From: an uncultured Erysipelotrichaceae bacterium
GTDB taxonomy: Bacteria; Bacillota_I; Bacilli_A; RF39; UBA660
DNA length: 64,000 nt
Direction of reading: 5' to 3'
NCBI GenBank assembly: GCA_902767375.1
Contig: CACXGV010000001.1
Location: forward strand, 1,080 to 65,079
The notes under the pieces are model-generated. The model made no database searches and had not been told where the DNA came from. It saw only the letters and a program-made list of their open reading frames with translations. Shown piece by piece: positions 10,457-18,675 of the stretch; the stretch's first letter is position 1, and every line of letters begins with the position of its first letter. The position numbers were made by a program, and so were the translations under genes.

Positions 10457-10881
10457 TCAGTTTTTTAATGTAAAATAACCTGGATTACTTGTTCCACCAT
10501 CTATATGGGCATATTCACGGTTTACGTGATGTGAATCATATGTGGTACCTGCTCCACCCACTAGTTTAGTATCATTATAAAACACATGATAGCTACCTGT
10601 TGGAGCAACAGTTGAACTTCCGGCAGCCTATGCTTCTAAAGATGTTAATACAAATTTATCTGAAACATAAATTGTTGTTAGATTACTACAATAATTAAAC
10701 ATATTAACCATACTAATAACTTTTGAAGTATCAAATGAACTTAAATCTAAACTCTTAACTTTACTACCAATAAACATAGCTGACATATCAGTTACATTAG
10801 TTGTATCTAAGCCTTCAATAGTAAGAGTAATACTAGTGCTATAACTGATACTAACATAGTATTTCTAGATTTCTTATCCAT
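10457..10881 (-). pseudogene. remnant of a TasA-like/BspA-LRR surface-protein paralog
   Basis: Hand translation starts MDKKSRNTMLVSVIALVLLLL, then changes frame straight into two DUF285/BspA-type repeats (LDTTNVTDMSAMF, FDTSKVISMVNMF) and a C-terminal ...GGAGTTYD...NPGYFTLKN. There is an in-frame TAG at 10628-10630. The N-domain is deleted. The family leader hairpin is retained. Confidence 0.75.
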
Positions 10882-10886
10882 AAAAA

Positions 10887-10909
10887 AATCACTACCTTCT
10901 ATAGTGATT
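10887..10909 (-). promoter_or_regulatory. family leader hairpin retained upstream of the pseudogene
   Basis: On the mRNA: AATCACTA-TAGAAGG-TAGTGATT, 5 nt before the ATG. Confidence 0.4.
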
Positions 10910-10937
10910 TTAACATATAAATTATAATTAGTTAAGA

Positions 10938-12164
10938 CTATTTTTCAAGTTCAACAGTCTTTTTAGTTTTACAATTTATTCTATCTAAATTTAAATAATC
11001 TGAATTCTTAGTAGGAAGTTCTCTTCTTTTTAATGATAAAGTTATTTGATGATCTAAATGACCATAAATAAGTGCAAATAAAGGAACTCCAATAAGCATA
11101 CCAACTACGCCAAATAATCCACCAAAGAATAAGATTGAAGCAAGTACCCAGAATGATTTTAAACCAATTCTAGAACCACATAATTTTGGCCCAATAACAT
11201 TACCATCAATTTGTTGTAATACTACAATAAAGATACCAAATATTAAAGCTTTAGTAGGATCATCCATTAATACTAATAATACAGCCGGAATACCACCAAA
11301 CCAAGGTCCAAAATAAGGAATTGTATTAGTAATACCAACCAATACTGCTATTAATAAAGCATAAGGGTACCCAAATATAGATAAGAATGCAAAAGTAATA
11401 CATCCGATAACTAAACCATCTAATAATCTACCAACTATAAAATTACCAAAAATATCATCAGTATGTCTTGCATTTTCCATAATTCTATTAGATACCTTTA
11501 TTGGGAATATAGTATATATAATCTTTTTAAATCCTCCAATAAAATTATCTTTATCAGCTAAGAAATATATTGCAATAACAAATCCAAGTAGAATATTAAA
11601 TAATGTTTTAATTACACCTATTAAACCAGTAGAAAGAGACACTAGCCATCCATCTATCTTAGGAATTAAAGATACATTAACAACATTATTAATATAATTA
11701 TTTATAGCTTCATAATTATATAGAATAACTTCTCTTAATTCTCCATCACCTAACTTAGTTAATAAATAATTCTTTATTTCTTCGATATATCTTGGAGCAT
11801 TTACAGCAAGTTTCTCTACACTCTTTAAAAGTTCTGGAATAATAATACTAAATAGTAAAACTACAATAAAAATAAATAATACACATGTAATTAAAATGCT
11901 TAAATAATTAATAGTTTTTTTATCTTTACTCTTAACCCATTTAGAAACTACATTCTTATCAAAAAACTTAACAATTGGATTTAATAAATATGCAAAGACA
12001 AAACCTATTATAAAAGGATTTAATAATTTAAAAAGTCCTACTATAAGCTTCCAAATATCCCCAATCTTAAATAATAAGAATCCTACTAAGATACTAGCAA
12101 CAATTACCAAAAAAGCAGTAAGTCCTATATGAAAATATTTATTTTCTTTTAAATCTCTAAACAT
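10938..12164 (-). CDS. AI-2E family transporter (PerM/UPF0118)
   Basis: 408-aa polytopic protein with a family-typical C-terminal half (IPYFGPWFGGIPAVL, QQIDGNVIGPKL). Confidence 0.8.
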   Translation of the reverse strand: MFRDLKENKYFHIGLTAFLVIVASILVGFLLFKIGDIWKLIVGLFKLLNPFIIGFVFAYLLNPIVKFFDKNVVSKWVKSKDKKTINYLSILITCVLFIFIVVLLFSIIIPELLKSVEKLAVNAPRYIEEIKNYLLTKLGDGELREVILYNYEAINNYINNVVNVSLIPKIDGWLVSLSTGLIGVIKTLFNILLGFVIAIYFLADKDNFIGGFKKIIYTIFPIKVSNRIMENARHTDDIFGNFIVGRLLDGLVIGCITFAFLSIFGYPYALLIAVLVGITNTIPYFGPWFGGIPAVLLVLMDDPTKALIFGIFIVVLQQIDGNVIGPKLCGSRIGLKSFWVLASILFFGGLFGVVGMLIGVPLFALIYGHLDHQITLSLKRRELPTKNSDYLNLDRINCKTKKTVELEK

Positions 12165-12227
12165 ATTATCATCCTTCCAAGTAATATCTACATATATTTT
12201 AACATTTTAATCTATTTGGTGCAACCA

Positions 12228-12255
12228 ATAAAAAAAGTCTTAATAATTAAGACTT
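12228..12255 (-). terminator. intrinsic terminator after the SPFH gene
   Basis: AAGTCTTAA / TTAAGACTT 9-bp stem (12235-12255). The stop codon lies in the stem. A-run on the plus strand, so a U-run on the transcript. Confidence 0.6.
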
Positions 12256-13336
12256 AATTTAATTTAGTTCCACAATTAGCACAGAAATTACCAGTTGCAG
12301 GTGTTCCACAATTAGGGCAGAACTTTCCAGCTGGTGCTGCATTACTTGCTTGAGCATTTTGACTTGCATTTGCTGCAGCCATTCCGAATGCATTACCAGA
12401 AGCCATGTTCATCATACCAACACCCATCATACCAGTAGCTGCTCCATTAGCATTTTTGGCTGCATCTTTAACAGCTTCGGCATAAGCACCAGTAAGTGTA
12501 CCTTGTTGCATGTGAGCATTAGAAGATAGTTCGTAATTATCAATTTTCTTATTAGACTCTTCATCTAAAGTAACAGATTCAATAATAAATCCTTCAATCT
12601 TCATTCCTCTATCACGAATCTTTTGGTCAAATACTTTTTCGTCCATCATTTCTTTGATTTCATCAGTTTGACTAGGAAGTTCTAAAACAGGAGCTTTATG
12701 TTCACTATTTCCAAGTTCATTTAACACATTTTGGAATGTGCTTTGAACTTCACTTCTCATTTGTTCACAAATATCTTCTTTAGTATATACATCAGCAGTT
12801 CCAGCTATTTCTCTCATAAATACAGCAGGATCTTCAATTTTAAATGTATATTTACCAAAACATTTAACAGATACTCTTAAAGGAGTTGTTTCCCCTGTCA
12901 TTTGATTTGGAATTGGATGAGACCAATCTTGGAATGGAACAGGAGCTGGAGTTCCAAACTTATTATCAATTATTTCTTTAACATTAATAAAGAATACTGC
13001 TTGATCTTTATTAACTGCTCCATTATATGTGAAACGAGTCCACATTTCTTTAAATACATCTCCAAAATCACCAGCAAAAAATGATGGAGATACACTTTCA
13101 TCAAAAGTATAAATACCTTCTTCAGCCGTAGCATCTAAAATTTGTCCATTTTGAAAAATAACTGCTACTTGCCCAGGTTGTACTTCAATCGCACTACCTT
13201 TACTAATTACTCCATTTGGTGTACTTTTTCTTACCATTAGAGTATCATTGTCTAAACTCTCACATCTAATGAATTCTTTCCATTGATCATGAAGAGTACT
13301 TGCTGCAGCACTTACAGCTGCTTTAATTAATCCCAT
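12254..13336 (-). CDS. SPFH-domain protein with C-terminal double zinc ribbon (B. subtilis YdjI-like)
   Basis: N-terminus MGLIKAAVSA..., an Ala/Gly/Met-rich linker, and C-terminal CPNCGTPATGNFCANCGTKL. Confidence 0.7.
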   Translation of the reverse strand: MGLIKAAVSAAASTLHDQWKEFIRCESLDNDTLMVRKSTPNGVISKGSAIEVQPGQVAVIFQNGQILDATAEEGIYTFDESVSPSFFAGDFGDVFKEMWTRFTYNGAVNKDQAVFFINVKEIIDNKFGTPAPVPFQDWSHPIPNQMTGETTPLRVSVKCFGKYTFKIEDPAVFMREIAGTADVYTKEDICEQMRSEVQSTFQNVLNELGNSEHKAPVLELPSQTDEIKEMMDEKVFDQKIRDRGMKIEGFIIESVTLDEESNKKIDNYELSSNAHMQQGTLTGAYAEAVKDAAKNANGAATGMMGVGMMNMASGNAFGMAAANASQNAQASNAAPAGKFCPNCGTPATGNFCANCGTKLN

Positions 13337-13361
13337 AAACTTACCTCTTTCCTTTTATATT

Positions 13362-13895
13362 TTAAACTTCTATTGAAGTTAAAATCCAATCATAATTTTC
13401 TGCATTAAATATTGTTCCACAATATTCACATTTACCATTTTTATTTACATCAATATTAGCGCCACACCCAGGACATTTCTTATCCATTCCATACCCTTTG
13501 GCCCCAATTTTTTTCGTAAACTCTAAATGATTAGTTTTCTCTATCCGATGATCTTTAATACCAGTAACATAATCACCAGTATCTTTCTTAATCAGATACT
13601 CAATCGCTCTGGAAACAATATCCACTTTAATTATAACACAATCATCTTTTATTTCTACATCTTTTATAGTAGTAGTTTTAACATTTAATTCATCATACAT
13701 TTGTCTAAGATTTTGTTTATTTAATTTCTTTAATTCTTTTTCATACTTTTCATTTACTTCATCACTTATAAAATGTCTAACCCTATTTAAATTATCCATC
13801 ATAAATGCTGAAAGAAGCATTACAAATATATTATTAACTTTAGTAATAAACATTCCTTCATTAAATGTAGGATCTATCTTTAATAATTCATCCAT
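13362..13895 (-). CDS. Tim44-like domain protein with C-terminal zinc ribbon
   Basis: 177 aa. C-terminal CPGCGANIDVNKNGKCEYCG. Paralogous to the C-terminal half of the upstream 290-aa protein. Confidence 0.6.
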   Translation of the reverse strand: MDELLKIDPTFNEGMFITKVNNIFVMLLSAFMMDNLNRVRHFISDEVNEKYEKELKKLNKQNLRQMYDELNVKTTTIKDVEIKDDCVIIKVDIVSRAIEYLIKKDTGDYVTGIKDHRIEKTNHLEFTKKIGAKGYGMDKKCPGCGANIDVNKNGKCEYCGTIFNAENYDWILTSIEV

Positions 13896-13896
13896 C

Positions 13897-14769
13897 TTAT
13901 CTCATCCTTTGCCCAACACAAGTTTTCTTACTCATAACAAAATCTTTAGCATCAATTACAACTGTACTACCACAATAAGGACATTTACCTGAAGCATTCA
14001 TTTCCATCTTAGCACCACAGTTTGGACAATAAGTATCTTTCCCACTCTTTAAAGATTTTACAAAAGTAATCGTATATTCAATATCAATTTTTCTCTTATC
14101 TGTTCCTCTTAAAACTGTACCCTTATCATCTACTACATAATCATACATTGTTACTCTTAAATATGTTTTAACATTTAACATACCATTTTCTTCAGTAACA
14201 CCATAAATCTTACAATTGATAAGATCAAAATCACTCATCATATTTTTTTGCTTTTTAAGTTTTAAAGCATCTAATTGCATTAAATATGTATTATAAAGTT
14301 CATCAGTTAAATTTTGTTGTAATCCGTCATAATTAAAGTTAGTCCAATCATTTTGAATCTTAACATATTTTTCATATACCATTTTCTTAAATGCTTCTTT
14401 ATCAATACCATACTTAGCTAATATTTCATCTGAAATATCTACATAACTACTAAAATTACTACTTCCTGATGATTTACTATTTCTAGTTATAGCAATTATT
14501 ATGATAATAATAATTAAAAATATTATTAAACCAACAAATGGATTACCATCACCTCTAGATGAACTGCTACTTGATGATGACCAACTGCTTCCTGAATCCC
14601 AGCTACTACTGGAATCCCAACTACTACTGGAATCCCAACTGCTGCTAGAATCATAAGAAGAATCCCATCCAGAATCAGCTATTGGCCTAATTGGTCTATA
14701 AGCAAAGACACTAAGAGAAAGCACCCCAGCTACTAATAAATATATTAAAAATTTCTTATTTGTTTTCAT
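13897..14769 (-). CDS. membrane protein: signal/TM, Ser-Trp-Asp repeats, TM, Tim44-like domain, zinc ribbon
   Basis: 290 aa. Contains the DSSSSWDSSSSWDSSSSWDSGSSW repeat, the TM segment LIIFLIIIIIIIAI, and C-terminal CPNCGAKMEMNASGKCPYCG. Confidence 0.6.
   Translation of the reverse strand: MKTNKKFLIYLLVAGVLSLSVFAYRPIRPIADSGWDSSYDSSSSWDSSSSWDSSSSWDSGSSWSSSSSSSSRGDGNPFVGLIIFLIIIIIIIAITRNSKSSGSSNFSSYVDISDEILAKYGIDKEAFKKMVYEKYVKIQNDWTNFNYDGLQQNLTDELYNTYLMQLDALKLKKQKNMMSDFDLINCKIYGVTEENGMLNVKTYLRVTMYDYVVDDKGTVLRGTDKRKIDIEYTITFVKSLKSGKDTYCPNCGAKMEMNASGKCPYCGSTVVIDAKDFVMSKKTCVGQRMR
14581..14670 (-). repeat. in-frame 18-bp tandem repeat encoding (S)SSSWD units
   Basis: The plus strand reads tgaatcccagctactact / ggaatcccaactactact / ggaatcccaactgctgct, with degenerate flanking copies. 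Confidence 0.7.
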
Positions 14770-15376
14770 TTCCTACCTCATAATCTAATTCATATGTAAT
14801 TTCATTATCAAGTATTATTATTTTTTCTATATTTTTATTATTTAAATATGCTGTATAAGCAACATTATCTATATTATAACTATAAGAAAGTCCATCACTA
14901 CCTTTAATACTAATATTTTTAGGATCATCTAATATTTCTATAATCTTACTAGGTAAAAAATACTTAATATTTATATCTGTAAATAAATCATTTTTCAAAG
15001 ATTCTTCTTCTTTTTTTATTTGATAAATATTTTCCCCATCATATTTAAATTTAATTAAAGAATCACTTTCATCTTCTAAAGTAGCAATTAATACTCCATC
15101 ATTTATTTCTCCACTAATATAATAATCACCTACTTTATATTTAATATTTAGATTATTACTAACTAAATCCTTTTTCATTTGTTGATAAGAAACTATAATA
15201 TCCTTTTTTTCATTACTTGAATTATTATTATAATTATTACCCATACTATTAGATATAAAGACACCTAAATAGATTAGTATAAAAAACACTATCCAAAGTC
15301 CCATTTTGATAACAGCATTATAAAATGGATTTTTCCATAATACTTTAAAAGGTATTCTTTTATTATCTTTTTTCAT
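14756..15376 (-). CDS. hypothetical membrane-anchored protein
   Basis: 206-aa ORF with one N-terminal TM segment. Overlaps both neighbours, which suggests it belongs to an operon. Confidence 0.5.
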   Translation of the reverse strand: MKKDNKRIPFKVLWKNPFYNAVIKMGLWIVFFILIYLGVFISNSMGNNYNNNSSNEKKDIIVSYQQMKKDLVSNNLNIKYKVGDYYISGEINDGVLIATLEDESDSLIKFKYDGENIYQIKKEEESLKNDLFTDINIKYFLPSKIIEILDDPKNISIKGSDGLSYSYNIDNVAYTAYLNNKNIEKIIILDNEITYELDYEVGNENK

Positions 15377-16314
15377 TTAAGCACCTTACCTACTAAAGAA
15401 TCATGATATCCATTTTTAAAATCTCCGACATTCATAACATTTTTACCTACTGGCTTAATCTTTAACACCATTAATCCTTCATCTTTAGTTTTAACTATAA
15501 ATGAATTTCTAGATTCCCAAATAATTGTCCCAGGAATAGCATCTTTATCCTTAATATCTATCTCAATTGGGCTTCCCTCTACTAATTTATATTCATTATC
15601 ATCTAATATAAAATTAACATAAGGGCTAGGACTAAAAGCTCTTATTTTATTATAAATATTAACTGATGTATCATCAAAACTTAAATGTTCATCTTCTCTT
15701 TTAATAAGACCAACATAACTAGCTAAAGAATCATCTTGAACTATTCTATCATTAGTTCCATTTACAATACTAGGAAGTTCTTTTATAATCATCTCACTAC
15801 CTAATAAACTTAATTTATTAGATAAAGTTTCTAAATTATCATTATCTTCAATTAAAACTTTTTCTTCTTTAATAATATCTCCAGTATCTAAACCTTCTGC
15901 CATATACATTAAAGTAATCCCTGTTTCTTTTTCCCCATTCATAATAGCACTTTGAATAGGACTAGCACCTCTATATTTAGGAAGTAAAGAAGCGTGAATA
16001 TTTATACATCCAAGTCTTGGAGCATCTAACACTTCTTTAGGTACTATTTGACCATAAGCACAAGTTATTATAATATCTGGCTTAAGTTCTAATATTTCAT
16101 CATATTCTTCCCTAAGTCTTCGAGGGCTTATTACTTTAATACCATTATCTAGTGCTAATTGTTTAACTGGACATGGAGTAAGAATCTTTTTACGACCAAC
16201 ATAAGCATCCGGTGCTGTTACTACCCCAATTACATTAGTATTATTAATTAACGCTTCTAATATAGGTACGCTAAATAATGGAGTACCCATAAATATAACA
16301 CTCAAATTCTTCAT
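15373..16314 (-). CDS. fmt: methionyl-tRNA formyltransferase
   Basis: Motifs HASLLPKYRGASPIQ and FMGTP, with a C-terminal Fmt domain. Confidence 0.9.
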   Translation of the reverse strand: MKNLSVIFMGTPLFSVPILEALINNTNVIGVVTAPDAYVGRKKILTPCPVKQLALDNGIKVISPRRLREEYDEILELKPDIIITCAYGQIVPKEVLDAPRLGCINIHASLLPKYRGASPIQSAIMNGEKETGITLMYMAEGLDTGDIIKEEKVLIEDNDNLETLSNKLSLLGSEMIIKELPSIVNGTNDRIVQDDSLASYVGLIKREDEHLSFDDTSVNIYNKIRAFSPSPYVNFILDDNEYKLVEGSPIEIDIKDKDAIPGTIIWESRNSFIVKTKDEGLMVLKIKPVGKNVMNVGDFKNGYHDSLVGKVLK

Positions 16315-16358
16315 GTTACCACCAATTTAATTTTATCATATTAATATAAAAAAATCTC

Positions 16359-16385
16359 TAAAAAAAGAAAGTATTTCTACTTTCT
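16359..16385 (-). terminator. intrinsic terminator after the 748-aa surface-protein gene
   Basis: AGAAAGTA / TACTTTCT 8-bp stem with loop TTTC, and a 7-nt U-run on the transcript. Confidence 0.6.
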
Positions 16386-18632
16386 TTAATCTTCAAAAAC
16401 AGGATAACCATTAACTGAATCTAATTTCCATGTTTTCAATGTATAATCTGCTAGTAAAGGGTCAATACTACTTAAATTAATACCACCTCTACTATTATTC
16501 AATAAATATGTTACCGACGTATTAGTTAAAGGATCACCAGCAAATAATGCAGCTGTTTTTGCTGTTGTTCCTGATTTATTAGAACCAGTAGGCCCAGATA
16601 AATAATATGAATTAGTCAAAGTATAAGATGGATTAGTAGCAAAATAAGCTATTCCATATTTTCCACCTGATCCAGTTATACTACCATAATTGTGAACATT
16701 ATTTATTACTGCTGTATTTATACCTTGAATTCTGCCTACTATTCCACTTGCATATCTACTACTTGTTGAGGCACTTATTGTTCCCGTATTATAAGAATTT
16801 AATACAATTATAACATTGTCATTTTGTGCTCCACCACCAACTATACCACCAGCACATTGCGTTTGTGCAGATTGGGTACCCATATTATAACTATTTAATA
16901 CTATAGATTTACCAGTATTATTAGAAGAACATCCAATTATACCTCCAGCATAATCATGCCCTGTAACAGCACCTGTATTATAAGCATCATCAATTATCGC
17001 AATCGAAGCTGAAGTATTCCAACCAAGTATTCCAGCAGAATGCAGCGTAGAAGTTATGGTGCCGGTATTTTTAGCATTTTTAATAGTAACAATACCACCT
17101 GTGCTATTACCATATATACCACCAGCCGATTGAGCAGTCGCAGATACATCTCCATTATTTGTTACATCTTCCATATCGACGTTGCATCCAAAGATACCTA
17201 ACACACCACCACTAGCATCACCTGAACCTGTAATATCCCCATTGTTAACAAACTTATTAATAGTTATACCTTTAATCCCATTACCAGCTGCTACCACACC
17301 AGCAGCTCGATTGCCTGAAACATTACCATTATTTTTACAATTATTAATTACTATATATGCATCATCATTCCAACCAGCTCCTATGAATCCTGCAGAACTT
17401 CCTCCTGTAATATTACCATTATTCTCACTATTATTTATTTCTACTGTGCCACCATTAATTGATCCCACAAAACCTCCAAGGCTACCACCATTACCGATAT
17501 TACCATTATTATTACAATTATTAATAGTCAATTTACCGCCATTAGCAGAGCCTACAAAACCACCCTCACTCCACTCAGAATTATCATTTATAACAGTAAC
17601 ATCAACAATGACATTTTCAATTAAAACATCACCCCTTACTTCTCCAATTAAACCTGCCGAATTACTTTTAGATAAATTTGAAGTTACATTACCAGTTAAA
17701 GTTAGATTATTAAAAATTGAGCCTTCACTAGAGCAAAATAATGCTACACACGAAGATTCATCAGTATTTATATATAGATTACTAAGAGTATGACCTAGCC
17801 CATTAAAACTACCTTTAAATACAGCATTAACCCCAATTGATTCGAAACCTTGGCCAGTGGTTAATTCCGTAATTAAAGCTTCTACTGAACCATTACCATT
17901 TATATCACCATAATCAGTTCTTGTTGAATCTTCATAACTATTAGCAGTTTGAAAATCTAAATCTCTCATTAGCATAAAATCATATTCTTCAAAATCATTT
18001 CCATCATTATTCATACTTTTTGAAAGTTCTAATAAATCTTCAATATTTTGAATAGCAATAAATTTTCTTGCTTTACCATTATCTTCAACACTTATATGAG
18101 CTGCATATAATGCTCTCATATCTACACTTTGATCTACTCCTGTATCTGGGAAATATATTTTTAAGATATATGTATGAACTAAATTATCCCCTGTTGTAAA
18201 ATATCCTGTACCAAGATTTACTGTCTCTGATAATGGTGTTTTATTTTCTACACTTGGTATTGTAAGTCCATTATTTGAATTATTAATTGCTTCTAGTGTA
18301 TATACCATTGGTGTTGTTACAAAGGTATTATTATCTACTACTATACTAATTTTATATGACATTGATAAAACTTCCGTATTATTTTTACCAGTTAAAGTTA
18401 TAGTTTTAGTTACCCACGGATTATCATTATCTGGTATTAGATTATTAGCTACTATATCTGGCCCACCATCGATGTCTATCCACATTTCTCCACCATCTAA
18501 GCTTATTACTGATGCATTTTCAAGGCCCGTTACCCTAGCACTGAAAGCTGCATAAGTGACTCCAAATGCCATCACTATTAAAAGGGCAAATAAGCCAATT
18601 ACAGCAACTGTTCTTCTTGAATTTTCTACCAT
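16386..18632 (-). CDS. surface protein: TasA/camelysin-like N-module with SipW-type signal peptide, plus GLUG-type Gly/Asn-rich repeats
   Basis: N-terminus ...GVTYAAFSARVTGLENASVISLDGGEMW...HTYILKIYFPDTGVDQ, shared with three other genes in the window. The C-terminal half carries many GG(F/I)(V/I)G / NNGN repeats. Confidence 0.65.
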   Translation of the reverse strand: MVENSRRTVAVIGLFALLIVMAFGVTYAAFSARVTGLENASVISLDGGEMWIDIDGGPDIVANNLIPDNDNPWVTKTITLTGKNNTEVLSMSYKISIVVDNNTFVTTPMVYTLEAINNSNNGLTIPSVENKTPLSETVNLGTGYFTTGDNLVHTYILKIYFPDTGVDQSVDMRALYAAHISVEDNGKARKFIAIQNIEDLLELSKSMNNDGNDFEEYDFMLMRDLDFQTANSYEDSTRTDYGDINGNGSVEALITELTTGQGFESIGVNAVFKGSFNGLGHTLSNLYINTDESSCVALFCSSEGSIFNNLTLTGNVTSNLSKSNSAGLIGEVRGDVLIENVIVDVTVINDNSEWSEGGFVGSANGGKLTINNCNNNGNIGNGGSLGGFVGSINGGTVEINNSENNGNITGGSSAGFIGAGWNDDAYIVINNCKNNGNVSGNRAAGVVAAGNGIKGITINKFVNNGDITGSGDASGGVLGIFGCNVDMEDVTNNGDVSATAQSAGGIYGNSTGGIVTIKNAKNTGTITSTLHSAGILGWNTSASIAIIDDAYNTGAVTGHDYAGGIIGCSSNNTGKSIVLNSYNMGTQSAQTQCAGGIVGGGAQNDNVIIVLNSYNTGTISASTSSRYASGIVGRIQGINTAVINNVHNYGSITGSGGKYGIAYFATNPSYTLTNSYYLSGPTGSNKSGTTAKTAALFAGDPLTNTSVTYLLNNSRGGINLSSIDPLLADYTLKTWKLDSVNGYPVFED
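16652..17732 (-). repeat. coding Gly/Asn-rich GLUG-type repeat array
   Basis: Reiterated NNGN(I/V)xGxxxxGG(F/I)(V/I)G units in the 748-aa protein. They also generate the spurious antisense ORF 17182-17793. Confidence 0.6.
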
Positions 18633-18637
18633 AGAAA

Positions 18638-18662
18638 AATCACTCTACCTTCTAGAGTGATT
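18638..18662 (-). promoter_or_regulatory. SD-sequestering leader hairpin of the 748-aa gene
   Basis: On the mRNA: AATCACTCTA-GAAGG-TAGAGTGATT. Perfect 10-bp stem with a 5-nt loop, ending 5 nt before the ATG. The SD-like GAAGGTAGAGTGAT lies in the loop and 3' arm. Confidence 0.5.
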
Positions 18663-18675
18663 ATATCATATTTTT

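Noticed and set aside
10438-10466. A/T-rich inverted repeat AAAACTGA / TCAGTTTT upstream of rlmN, as a terminator or regulatory element.
   Set aside because: It has only 8 bp with 3 G-C pairs, which is weak. It overlaps the pseudogene stop and may be a decaying terminator of the former gene. I was not confident enough to list it as a feature.
17182-17793. 203-aa plus-strand ORF, and similar antisense ORFs in the track. Examples: 12902-13084, 23462-23659, 24024-24302, 26190-26438, 30225-30628, 37223-37546, 37996-38181, 43088-43312, 47991-48812, 49947-50144, 51183-51365, 54547-54792, 63752-63961.
   Set aside because: All lie fully inside long, well-supported minus-strand genes. They have low-complexity (Pro/Leu/Ser/Ile-rich) translations that mirror the repeats or AT-richness of the sense strand, and they lack SD sequences. 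I consider them spurious.
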